Assembly (NCBI GenBank): GCA_004524535.1
Contig: SDNY01000056.1
Coordinates: 1 to 22,500, forward strand
Length of the DNA stretch: 22,500 nucleotides
Origin: Promethearchaeota archaeon
GTDB taxonomy: Archaea; Asgardarchaeota; Lokiarchaeia; Sigyniarchaeales; SOKP01
Direction of reading: 5' to 3'
The first letter of the stretch is position 1, and every line of letters starts with the position of its first letter. Positions 8,824 to 16,771 of the stretch are shown piece by piece. Below the pieces are notes generated by a model. That model made no database searches, was not told where the DNA came from, and worked only from the letters and a program-made list of their open reading frames with translations. The translations under genes and the position numbers were made by a program.

Positions 8824-10068
8824 ATGGCTAATGTACAACCAGCAGTAATAAGTGCTGGTTTTTGTGAACATGCATCAAAACGTTCTGATGTAAATATGGC
8901 TGAATTGGTAAACGAAGCTGTTGAAGATTGTTTAAATAAAGCTGGATCTGTTGAATGGAAAGATATTGATTATGTGATAAATGGTAATATGCCTGCTTTT
9001 GAGGGTGCTAATATGCCAGAATTATGGATGACAGATCATATGGCTGCTAAAAATAAACCCCTTTTAAGGGTTACAACAGGTGGAACTACTGGCGGCTCAG
9101 TATTTGTCTCAGGCTACTATGCCGTCGCTTCGGGATTATATGATATGGTTTTAGCGGTTGCTTTCGAACAACAATCCTGCGGGAATACTACAGTAGGATT
9201 AGCTTCTGTGGCATTAGGCGAATTATCTATTTACCCTAGTTTAGGTTATGAAGCCACCAGATTAAGAAGAAATATGGGTGCTGGTGCTGCTATTGGTGTT
9301 GCATCATACCAGGCGATGAATTATATGAGAAGAAGTAAAGCTACTGAAGAAGATTTAGCCCGCGTTGTTGTACAAAATAGAAGAAATGCCGCAAAAAATT
9401 GGTGGACCCATCTAAAGATGCCAACTATTACAATTGAAGATGTGTTAGATACACCGTACATTTCATATCCTTTAAGATTTGGGATGGTATGTCCTGCATC
9501 CGATGGGGCCTGTGCTGTATTATTTACAACCGAAGAAAAAGCAAAACAAATAGCCGATGTACCTGTATATATTAACGGCGTTGGCAGTTATGCTAATGAA
9601 CCTGCAATCATAGGCGTTGATTGTGGTGGGGCTGGGCAAACTGATCCGTGTGAACAATTAGGAGCCGTAAAATCAGCCGAACTTGCTTATAGCCAAGCGG
9701 GTATTTCTTTCCCAAATAAAGAAATCGACTATGCGGAAGTGTATTCTCCATTTCCAAATCAAGAATTGCAGTGGGTTGAAAGAGTTGGTTTATTTGAGCC
9801 AAATTCTGCTCCCGAAGCTTACTTAAATGGAGTTACTGCTCTTAATGGTGAAATGCCAGTGAACTGTTCTGGTGGAGTAAATTCTACAAACGCAATTGGT
9901 GCTTCTGCGATGGAAAGACCTGCTGAATCTGCCCTGCAAATTATGGGTAAAGCGGGAAATCAAGTTCCTAAGACTGTACACACTGCTTTAGGACATGGCT
10001 GGGGGGGCGCAATAAATTTAATAAGCCACGTTGTTATGGCAGATGAGCCACAACGTAAATTTAAATGA
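8824..10068 (+). CDS. Thiolase-fold protein, Ltp3-like (Cys to Gly; Tyr at the HDxF His position); putative retro-aldolase subunit
   Basis: KRSDVNMAELV, FEGANMPELWM, KPLLRVTTGGTTGGS, CPASDGACAV, EIDYAEVYSPF, PVNCSGGVNSTNAIGAS, ALGHGWGG recall Ltp3 (FEGVMMPELFM, AEIYVPF, NPIGAS; recalled). RBS GGAGGTGA at 8807-8814. Confidence 0.88.
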   Translation: MANVQPAVISAGFCEHASKRSDVNMAELVNEAVEDCLNKAGSVEWKDIDYVINGNMPAFEGANMPELWMTDHMAAKNKPLLRVTTGGTTGGSVFVSGYYAVASGLYDMVLAVAFEQQSCGNTTVGLASVALGELSIYPSLGYEATRLRRNMGAGAAIGVASYQAMNYMRRSKATEEDLARVVVQNRRNAAKNWWTHLKMPTITIEDVLDTPYISYPLRFGMVCPASDGACAVLFTTEEKAKQIADVPVYINGVGSYANEPAIIGVDCGGAGQTDPCEQLGAVKSAELAYSQAGISFPNKEIDYAEVYSPFPNQELQWVERVGLFEPNSAPEAYLNGVTALNGEMPVNCSGGVNSTNAIGASAMERPAESALQIMGKAGNQVPKTVHTALGHGWGGAINLISHVVMADEPQRKFK

Positions 10069-10083
10069 GGTGTTAAAAAAAAA

Positions 10084-10602
10084 ATGCCATTACCAGAATA
10101 TATCAAGAAGGATTACAAAAGAACAAGAACAATGAAGGGAAGCTGGTATTTAACGAGTTACAAATACAAATTCAATTTATCACGGATTAAAGAGTATTTA
10201 AAAGGACTTAAGAATGGAATACTTCTTGGATTAAAATGTAGATCATGTAATACCGTCTCTTTCCCTCCAAGACTGATTTGTGGGAGATGTTTAGTAAAAC
10301 CAGATCAATGGGTTCGATTACCTGAAACTGCTTCAATAGCGACTGGTTCTGCGAACTACGACGAAGAAGATAAAAAAAGAGAACATCCCTTTCCAGTAAT
10401 AGCCGTTCGCCAAGATGGTGCGGATACTGCATTAATCCATAACATTTCTGACGATGTTGATTTTAATTCGATTTATATAGGAATGCCATTAAAAGTCGTA
10501 TGGGCTAAAGAAAGAAACGGTTTATATTTGGATATCGATCATTACGAGCCAATAGAAGACCCAGCAATCGAACTGAACAAAAAAGAAGGAAGCGTCGATT
10601 AA
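10084..10602 (+). CDS. DUF35 Zn-ribbon + OB-fold protein
   Basis: YLKGL..ILLGLKCRSC-x10-CGRC, VRQDGADT, IGMPLKVVW. RBS GAGGTG at 10067-10072 overlaps the upstream TGA. Confidence 0.92.
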   Translation: MPLPEYIKKDYKRTRTMKGSWYLTSYKYKFNLSRIKEYLKGLKNGILLGLKCRSCNTVSFPPRLICGRCLVKPDQWVRLPETASIATGSANYDEEDKKREHPFPVIAVRQDGADTALIHNISDDVDFNSIYIGMPLKVVWAKERNGLYLDIDHYEPIEDPAIELNKKEGSVD

Positions 10603-10625
10603 ATAATAATAATAATAATAATAAT
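10602..10625 (+). repeat. (AAT)8 microsatellite immediately after the stop codon
   Basis: Eight perfect AAT units. Confidence 0.9.
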
Positions 10626-10626
10626 A

Positions 10627-10700
10627 TTTTTTTTTATATTTCTTTTTCTTGGTAATAAATCTTATAAAAAAAGATTAAAAAAAGAAAAGTTTTTTAAATT
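10627..10700. terminator. Convergent termination region (T-tracts on both strands)
   Basis: T9 at 10627-10635 on +; A-runs around 10666-10688 read as T-tracts on -. Lies between convergent operons. Confidence 0.5.
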
Positions 10701-10702
10701 AT

Positions 10703-11305
10703 TTAGAATGTAAAACCATCTGGTAGATCTGATTCTTTAGTTCCTTCAGCTACAAACATTAAATCCATTATTGTATATGTTGGGCTTTTAGTCCTAAAAA
10801 TTGGGATTATTTTTTTTCCAATTTCAGGTTCTCCAACCGAAAGAACGCTCATCAAGATCGTTACGACTTCCTCATCAAATTCAACATTCACGAATTTAAT
10901 TGGTTTTGGAAGTGTATTAAAGGCACCCGACCTCTCTGTAATAATGAATGAATGGATTTTAGCAGTTTTTCGAGCTTTTTCAGTAATATCTACGGGTTTA
11001 GCTTTTCTAAGACAATCAGGACAATAGATTCTAAATGGTTCAAAAATCGATCCTTTAGAATCACATTTTTCATTATCACATCTAGAAGCCATAAGCTTTC
11101 CCTTACCGAGAGATTCGAAGAATATTGCCTCACCACCATAAGAATGAATATAGGTCATATCTCTTGGGTTAGTCACACCAGCTAATTTTCCAGTATCTTT
11201 ATTAAAAATTGGCTGATTTTTTTCAATAACATGGAATGTTCCTCTTGGTTTGTATCTACCATTAACGACATCCACATATCCTTTTTCATCATCTGTTTTT
11301 GGCAT
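10703..11305 (-). CDS. DUF35-like Zn-ribbon + OB-fold protein with N-terminal extension
   Basis: HSYGGEAIFFESL..LMASRC-x4-C-x13-CPDC, IHSFI, FVNVEF, PEIG..IIPIF. Starts 4 nt after the thiolase stop, with a GGAGG RBS. Confidence 0.85.
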   Translation of the reverse strand: MPKTDDEKGYVDVVNGRYKPRGTFHVIEKNQPIFNKDTGKLAGVTNPRDMTYIHSYGGEAIFFESLGKGKLMASRCDNEKCDSKGSIFEPFRIYCPDCLRKAKPVDITEKARKTAKIHSFIITERSGAFNTLPKPIKFVNVEFDEEVVTILMSVLSVGEPEIGKKIIPIFRTKSPTYTIMDLMFVAEGTKESDLPDGFTF

Positions 11306-11309
11306 TTTT

Positions 11310-12731
11310 TTAGTCCTCCTTTAATAATTTATTCGGATTCATTAAAATTGTACATGTTACATGGGAACCTACACCGGCATGGCTTATTGCTAAACCACGG
11401 TTTGCATCCTTTACTTGTAAGCTCGTCCAATCAGAGGGCTTTTCTCGTCCAAAAGCATCCCATTTTTCTTGGGGTTCATGGATTTCATCCCATCGATTCC
11501 AGATATGATATCCAATTTCGGCAATCTGCATTAATCCTGTCGCTCCTACTGCATGCATACAACCAATCAAACCACCAGAAGGATTGCTTGGTAATGCCCC
11601 TGGTTTATTTGTATTTGGATTAATTACATATGCATCACCAGACTCTATATAATCTCTTCCCTGTCCATAGGGGCGGATACCTATATCTTCATATGTTTGG
11701 ATATCACTTATTGTAAATGCATCATGGAGCTCCACAACATCAAGATCATCAGTGGGATCAACCACACCAGCCATACGATAAGCATACCATGCAGCCATTC
11801 GAGCAGCCAAGAAACCAGTAAATCCAGGATATCTGTCTGCACCAGGGAATTCTTTTGCTAAATTATCATATTGTCCTGGTTTTTCATTAGGTAAGAGTGG
11901 GATCTTCATATTTCTTCGATCAGCAACTCTCAATGTATGACTGCCTGCTGCGATATAAATTCTAAGAGGGTTATTAGTAATCTCATATGCTGTTTTTTCA
12001 TCACATACAATGCCACATGCAGCTCCAACGCTCATTAAACAACAATCGAGCGCACGGAGAGGTGCTGCTACTATCGGAGAGTTAATCACATCATCTACTG
12101 TTATCTTCATTGGACCATGAGCATGTGGGTTCATTCTCGCATAACCACGATTTTTAACGGCTACTTCTGCCATAGTTTTCCTGAAAGATTCCTCTTCCTT
12201 TCCAAAAATTTTCCAATATCTTTGAGCCATTACAGCATAATACCCTGTGTAAATGTGCCCCAATGGTGTTTCCCAATCCTTATCAGCCGCACAAGATATA
12301 AGATGATTCCCTTCATCAGTTGGAACTTCATCCATTCTTTCCCATCCTAAAGCAAGTGCACAATCACTATATCCTGAAGCAACTGCCTTAACAGCTTCCC
12401 ACATAGCGGATCCTCCTGTTGCTCCACCTGTCTTCACACCAATAGTTCCCAATGGATCAAGACCTAATCTATCATGGATTACAGCTTCTCCTAATAATTG
12501 ATCACCAAAATGATCAGCAAAATGTCCATAATAACACGTGTGAATGTAACTCTTTAACTCCGCAGGAGTCATGTTAACAAAATCGCTAGCAGCAGTTAAT
12601 GCATCAATACATAATTCTTCTGTTCTTGTCTCCGGAAACGCACGATCAAATTTTGACATTCCAACTGTCGCTAAATATACTGGTCTCATCAGTTTAGGTA
12701 TTTTTAACTGTTTCTCACTAAATTTTATCAT
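11310..12731 (-). CDS. Thiolase-domain protein of the archaeal GGATGG subfamily (PRK06365-like), lacking the nucleophilic Cys
   Basis: DHFGDQLL, GVKTGGATGGSA, YTGYYAVMA, LDCCLMS, PLLPNE, ELHDAF, IQTYED, NPSGGLIGCMHAVGATG, SHAGVG. Confidence 0.9.
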   Translation of the reverse strand: MIKFSEKQLKIPKLMRPVYLATVGMSKFDRAFPETRTEELCIDALTAASDFVNMTPAELKSYIHTCYYGHFADHFGDQLLGEAVIHDRLGLDPLGTIGVKTGGATGGSAMWEAVKAVASGYSDCALALGWERMDEVPTDEGNHLISCAADKDWETPLGHIYTGYYAVMAQRYWKIFGKEEESFRKTMAEVAVKNRGYARMNPHAHGPMKITVDDVINSPIVAAPLRALDCCLMSVGAACGIVCDEKTAYEITNNPLRIYIAAGSHTLRVADRRNMKIPLLPNEKPGQYDNLAKEFPGADRYPGFTGFLAARMAAWYAYRMAGVVDPTDDLDVVELHDAFTISDIQTYEDIGIRPYGQGRDYIESGDAYVINPNTNKPGALPSNPSGGLIGCMHAVGATGLMQIAEIGYHIWNRWDEIHEPQEKWDAFGREKPSDWTSLQVKDANRGLAISHAGVGSHVTCTILMNPNKLLKED

Positions 12732-12800
12732 TTTTTTTCACATTTAACTCATTTTCATAGATATAATTTAATATTGATTACATTTTATGATTATAAATAA

Positions 12801-12862
12801 TATTGAGTTTTGTTTCATATTAATTTTATAAATTTCTATATCTATTATTGAGTTATGTCAAT
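12801..12862. promoter_or_regulatory. Repeated TATTGAGTTWTGT motif and ATTGA-N6-TCAAT inverted repeat in a divergent promoter
   Basis: tattgagttttgt at 12801-12813 and tattgagttatgt at 12846-12858. The second copy extends to ATTGAGTTATGTCAAT (12847-12862). Confidence 0.4.
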
Positions 12863-12934
12863 TTATTTATGCTTAAATTGATTTTTTAACTTAGAATTAA
12901 ATATTTATAATTTAAAATTTAAAATTGAGGTATT

Positions 12935-14269
12935 ATGGACACTAGACTAAGAGATTTTGAAGAAATTAGAATTCAAAAATATGTACCTGAATTAGACCTA
13001 TTAGCAAATCCTTTACTTACTCCTCAAGAGAAAGAATTTTTATCGGATTTTTACGATTTTTTAGAAAGAGATCTTGATAAAGATTTAAAGATGTTAGAGG
13101 AACTCGATTATTTCGTTGAGGAACCTACTCAAGAGAAAAAAAAAGAAATTGTTATTAAAATTTTAAAGAAGTTAGCTGATAACGGTTATTATAGCACAAT
13201 TCTGAACGATGAAGATTTTGAAGTTGGAAGAATTACGAGAAATGTACTTATCGCTTATGCATTATGTGGGGGGAGATGGAGTGAGTCGAGCGAACGATAT
13301 GTTGCAGGAAATTATAGTGTCGAAATGGGACGTCTTGCAGGAGGGACATTATATTGTAATCCAGTCAATTATAGAGCAACTGAGCAACAAAAAGAAAGAT
13401 TTCTATATCCCGTTGCCAAAGATGGGGCTCCTGCGTCATCAGCCATGACTGAATTTAATGCTGGAAGCGATATATCAAGAATGGAATTAAATATTCAATT
13501 AAAGGATGATAAAGCAATTCTTAAAGGTAAAAAAGTCTTTATTACAAATGGCATGTTCGCTGATTATATAATTGTCTATGGAAGAATAAACAATGGTCCC
13601 TTAGGAGCTATTATAGTTGATACTGAACATCAACAATTAAGGGATTTTAAATCAGCTAGAATAAGAACTTATGGAATGACTGATGCTTTCGTATGTAGAT
13701 TGAACTTTGATAGAGTAGAACAGCCTATAGAGAATATGCTTCATGGAAATGGATTAGATATCGCATTTCACCAGCTAACAGAAGAAAGATTAGTTATTAG
13801 CGCTGAAGCTTTAGGAGATGCTATGAAAAAGCTTTTATATTCTCATACATATGCACTTCATCGTAGACAATTTGAGAGGCGTTTGCATGAATATCAAGTT
13901 ATAAGATTCCCAATCTCTAAAAACATAAGGGAAATGAATTTATTAGTTTCTACATTGATAAATTATGCAAGAGAGTTAGATCGACGACCAGAACTTGCGA
14001 ATTCTAAATTAATGGCAGCTCAAGCAATGGGACTTAAAATATCTAGTACAGAGCTTGGTTTCGAAAGTGCAATACATTGCTTCAGGACAATGGGCGGTCG
14101 CGGGTTCATTAGGCAATATTCCAATCCAATTGGATTACTCGACCCTTACTGTATGATTCATGGTGGGGGGTCCAATTATGTGCTCGAAGATAGTGAATCA
14201 AGAAGATACTTCAAGTATAAACCCACAAGAAGAGAAATTGAGGATATTATCCCCAGAATTGATTTATAA
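12935..14269 (+). CDS. Acyl-CoA dehydrogenase family protein
   Basis: AMTEFNAGSD, LKGKKVFITNG, LTEERL, RRQFERRLHEYQVI, MGGRGF, IHGGGSN. GAGGT just upstream of the ATG. Confidence 0.92.
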   Translation: MDTRLRDFEEIRIQKYVPELDLLANPLLTPQEKEFLSDFYDFLERDLDKDLKMLEELDYFVEEPTQEKKKEIVIKILKKLADNGYYSTILNDEDFEVGRITRNVLIAYALCGGRWSESSERYVAGNYSVEMGRLAGGTLYCNPVNYRATEQQKERFLYPVAKDGAPASSAMTEFNAGSDISRMELNIQLKDDKAILKGKKVFITNGMFADYIIVYGRINNGPLGAIIVDTEHQQLRDFKSARIRTYGMTDAFVCRLNFDRVEQPIENMLHGNGLDIAFHQLTEERLVISAEALGDAMKKLLYSHTYALHRRQFERRLHEYQVIRFPISKNIREMNLLVSTLINYARELDRRPELANSKLMAAQAMGLKISSTELGFESAIHCFRTMGGRGFIRQYSNPIGLLDPYCMIHGGGSNYVLEDSESRRYFKYKPTRREIEDIIPRIDL

Positions 14270-14459
14270 GTGTTTTTCTTACTTTCATTTTTATTTAAAA
14301 TTATTACTTTATAAATTATTAAATAGATCTTCTTAATTTAGTGATAAAAAGGTTAATATTTATTATAATTAAAAAATTAATATTAAAACGAGAAAAATTA
14401 ATAGAGTAATTATAAATGCTATAACATGAAATTTCAATTAAAACCTTAAAGTTGAGATT

Positions 14460-16688
14460 ATGGAAGAAAAGAAACCATTAAATGAAAATGATACATCAGA
14501 CCAAGAAAATTTAGAGAAAGAAAGACTTGAGAAAGAACGAATGGAAAAAGAGCGAATGGAGAAAGAACGAATTGAAAAAGAACGAATAGAGAAAGAAAGA
14601 TTGGATAAGGAGAGATTAGAGAGAGAAAAACAAGAACAGTTTAAAAAGCAAAATCGACTTATCAGTAATAATATGATTTTTATAATCCCTAGTTGGGGGG
14701 ATTTATTAGGGTATCCCACATTAGGTAAATACGTTGGTCAGGATGTAACAAAGGTCATTAATGACGTTGTAATCTTTTTTGGTGGCACTGAATGTGCTGT
14801 TGAAACTGAAAAAGGAACGAATTATTTCATTTTTGGATTAGGATATTACTATGTCAAATTTGAATTACCTCATGATGTTGAAATGTCTCGAGGAAAATTT
14901 ATTGTTGATAGTCGACTACTTACAGGATTGATCTTATCTGATTTTGTCTATGATCATCTCGCCTCTTCAAAAGATGTTACATTAGAAGATGATAAAGATG
15001 TAGTTATTGCAGAAAAAGGAGTAAAAATACCAATTGATCTTTCCTTTAAATCAAGGGGTCGGAAAACTCTTATTAAGGGAGCTATTACGAGAAATATTTT
15101 TACTCGATATAAGAATATCTTCTTAGAGTTTATGGATAAAATTCGCGATCCAGAAACTTATAAATTAGATACTCAAGGACATTTACTTCTAAGCGGTTGT
15201 CGAGACTTTTACAATAAAATAATTGTGGATAATAAAATGAAAGTTCATGGATCTAGTGAATATATGGAAGAAACAGCGGGATTAGATGAAATTATATATG
15301 GTGTTGATGAATACATTCCCAAAATCTTTTCTCCAATAGAACTTCAAAAAATCGGGGAAGTAATTACTGATTTAAAGAATACTTATGCCACAATTGACTA
15401 TGATCCCATGTATCCCTACTCAATTTTAAAAAATATCTCTAAAATCTTAAAGTCTGAAACCACTCCTATTTCTTTGTTAGAACCCTCATCAGATTCTCCT
15501 TTATCACTTAAAAAATCTGTATTATTTTCAGCTGAAAATAGTTTAAGCTCAATGGTTGACTGGCCAAATGAATTTCCAAGAAAAATAAAAGAGGAGCCTT
15601 CTGTAAGTCCTATTACAAGACCCATCGATATTACTTCTCAAAAAGTTGATCCTTCCACAATTAGAGATTATCGAGAACCCCAAAGAGAAGAAGAGCAATT
15701 TAAATTAAGTTTTGAGAAATCTGAAAAAGTTGAAGCGAAACCACTCCCTCCAATGCCTAAAGAAGATATTGAACAAATTTTATTATATCTTAGGAGGATC
15801 ATCGAAGAAAATTTTGACATGCCCTCTATAGGAAGAGCATTCGGACTGGCACGGGATACAATAAGAAGCATACATCCTGTTGAATATCCTAAACTTAAAT
15901 GGGAATTAAGTAGAGAGGCAAACATCTACGAGAAAAAACAACCTTTATTTACCCTTCCGCCAAGAGATAAAAAGGAATTACTAGAAGGAATCGGTAAATG
16001 GATAAATAAATTTGAAAAGGAGAGATTAGAAAAAGAGAGAAAAGAGAGAGAGGAAAGGGAGAGACTTGAAAAAGAGCGACTAGAAAAAGAGAGAAAAGAG
16101 AGAGAGGAAAAAGAGCGACTAGAAAAAGAGCGAAAAGAGAGAGAGGAAAAGGAGCGACTTGAAAAAGAGAGAAAAGAGAGAGAGGAAAAGGAGCGACTTG
16201 AAAAAGAACGACTAGAAAAAGAGAGACTTGAAAAGGAGCGATTAGAAAAAGAGCGACTTGAAAAAGAGCGACTTGAAAAAGAGCGACTTGAAAAAGAGCG
16301 ATTAGAAAAAGAGCGAATTGAAAAAGAAAAGCAAAAATTGGAAGAAGAAAGAAAAGAAAGAGAACGATTAGAAAAACTTAGAGAAGAACAAGAAAGAATT
16401 AAAAAACAAAGAGAACAAGAAAAAATTGAGGCTGAAAGGCAAGAACAGCTAAGAATTGAGCAAGAAAGCTTAGAAAAAGAGAAGCTAGAGAGAGAGGCTC
16501 TTGAAAAAGATAAAATCGAATTAAAAAAATTAAAGGCAAAAAAGAAACAGCAAGCAAAGTTATTAAAACAGAAGAAAAAACAAGAAAAGAAATTAGAAAA
16601 GCAAAAAGCGAAACTTGCAAAAAAGAAGGCTAAAGAAAAAGAAGAACTTGCCAAGTTAAAACAAGAATATGAGTCTATGGAAGAATAA
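14460..16688 (+). CDS. Hypothetical protein with N- and C-terminal EKERL (ER/K) charged-helix repeats
   Basis: 742-aa ORF: short repeat block, globular region, Pro/Ser-rich linker, helical domain, then about 224 aa of Pro/Gly-free E/K/R-rich tail ending in a Lys-rich segment. Confidence 0.88.
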   Translation: MEEKKPLNENDTSDQENLEKERLEKERMEKERMEKERIEKERIEKERLDKERLEREKQEQFKKQNRLISNNMIFIIPSWGDLLGYPTLGKYVGQDVTKVINDVVIFFGGTECAVETEKGTNYFIFGLGYYYVKFELPHDVEMSRGKFIVDSRLLTGLILSDFVYDHLASSKDVTLEDDKDVVIAEKGVKIPIDLSFKSRGRKTLIKGAITRNIFTRYKNIFLEFMDKIRDPETYKLDTQGHLLLSGCRDFYNKIIVDNKMKVHGSSEYMEETAGLDEIIYGVDEYIPKIFSPIELQKIGEVITDLKNTYATIDYDPMYPYSILKNISKILKSETTPISLLEPSSDSPLSLKKSVLFSAENSLSSMVDWPNEFPRKIKEEPSVSPITRPIDITSQKVDPSTIRDYREPQREEEQFKLSFEKSEKVEAKPLPPMPKEDIEQILLYLRRIIEENFDMPSIGRAFGLARDTIRSIHPVEYPKLKWELSREANIYEKKQPLFTLPPRDKKELLEGIGKWINKFEKERLEKERKEREERERLEKERLEKERKEREEKERLEKERKEREEKERLEKERKEREEKERLEKERLEKERLEKERLEKERLEKERLEKERLEKERLEKERIEKEKQKLEEERKERERLEKLREEQERIKKQREQEKIEAERQEQLRIEQESLEKEKLEREALEKDKIELKKLKAKKKQQAKLLKQKKKQEKKLEKQKAKLAKKKAKEKEELAKLKQEYESMEE
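14514..14618 (+). repeat. 7 x 15-bp coding repeat, [ED]KER[LMI]
   Basis: [35 protein letters not shown], with synonymous variation between units. Confidence 0.9.
16014..16319 (+). repeat. Coding tandem repeats: [13 protein letters not shown] composite units followed by 9 x 15-bp EKER[LI]
   Basis: Four EKERKERE blocks interleaved with EKERL (39-bp period), then nine 15-bp units at 16185-16319. Three consecutive units at 16245-16289 are identical (gaaaaagagcgactt). Confidence 0.92.
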
Positions 16689-16771
16689 CTTATTCTAAAA
16701 AAATTTTTTATTGTTATTATAAATCATCAGAGAATTGATTTTTAAATAATTTTTTTTAATTATTATAAACA

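Noticed and set aside
10066-10068. TGA stop of the Ltp3-like gene as possible selenocysteine readthrough
   Set aside because: The protein is complete at this point, the TGA is part of the next gene's RBS, and an in-frame TAA follows shortly afterwards at 10111-independent spacing was not needed to explain it; no SECIS-like hairpin was seen.
7209-12731. Thiolase/DUF35 pairs as the mevalonate-pathway thiolase-HMGCS-DUF35 complex or as BbsAB
   Set aside because: No HMG-CoA synthase or bbs genes nearby, and all three thiolase-fold proteins lack the catalytic Cys those enzymes need.
16014-16319. Regular repeats as a possible CRISPR array
   Set aside because: Units are contiguous multiples of 3 with no unique spacers, vary at synonymous sites, lie inside a CDS, and no cas genes are present.
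15926-16654. 242-aa minus-strand Ser/Phe-rich ORF (also 14438-14719 and 16399-16620)
   Set aside because: Antisense shadow of the purine-rich EKERL repeats, which lack stop codons in that frame.
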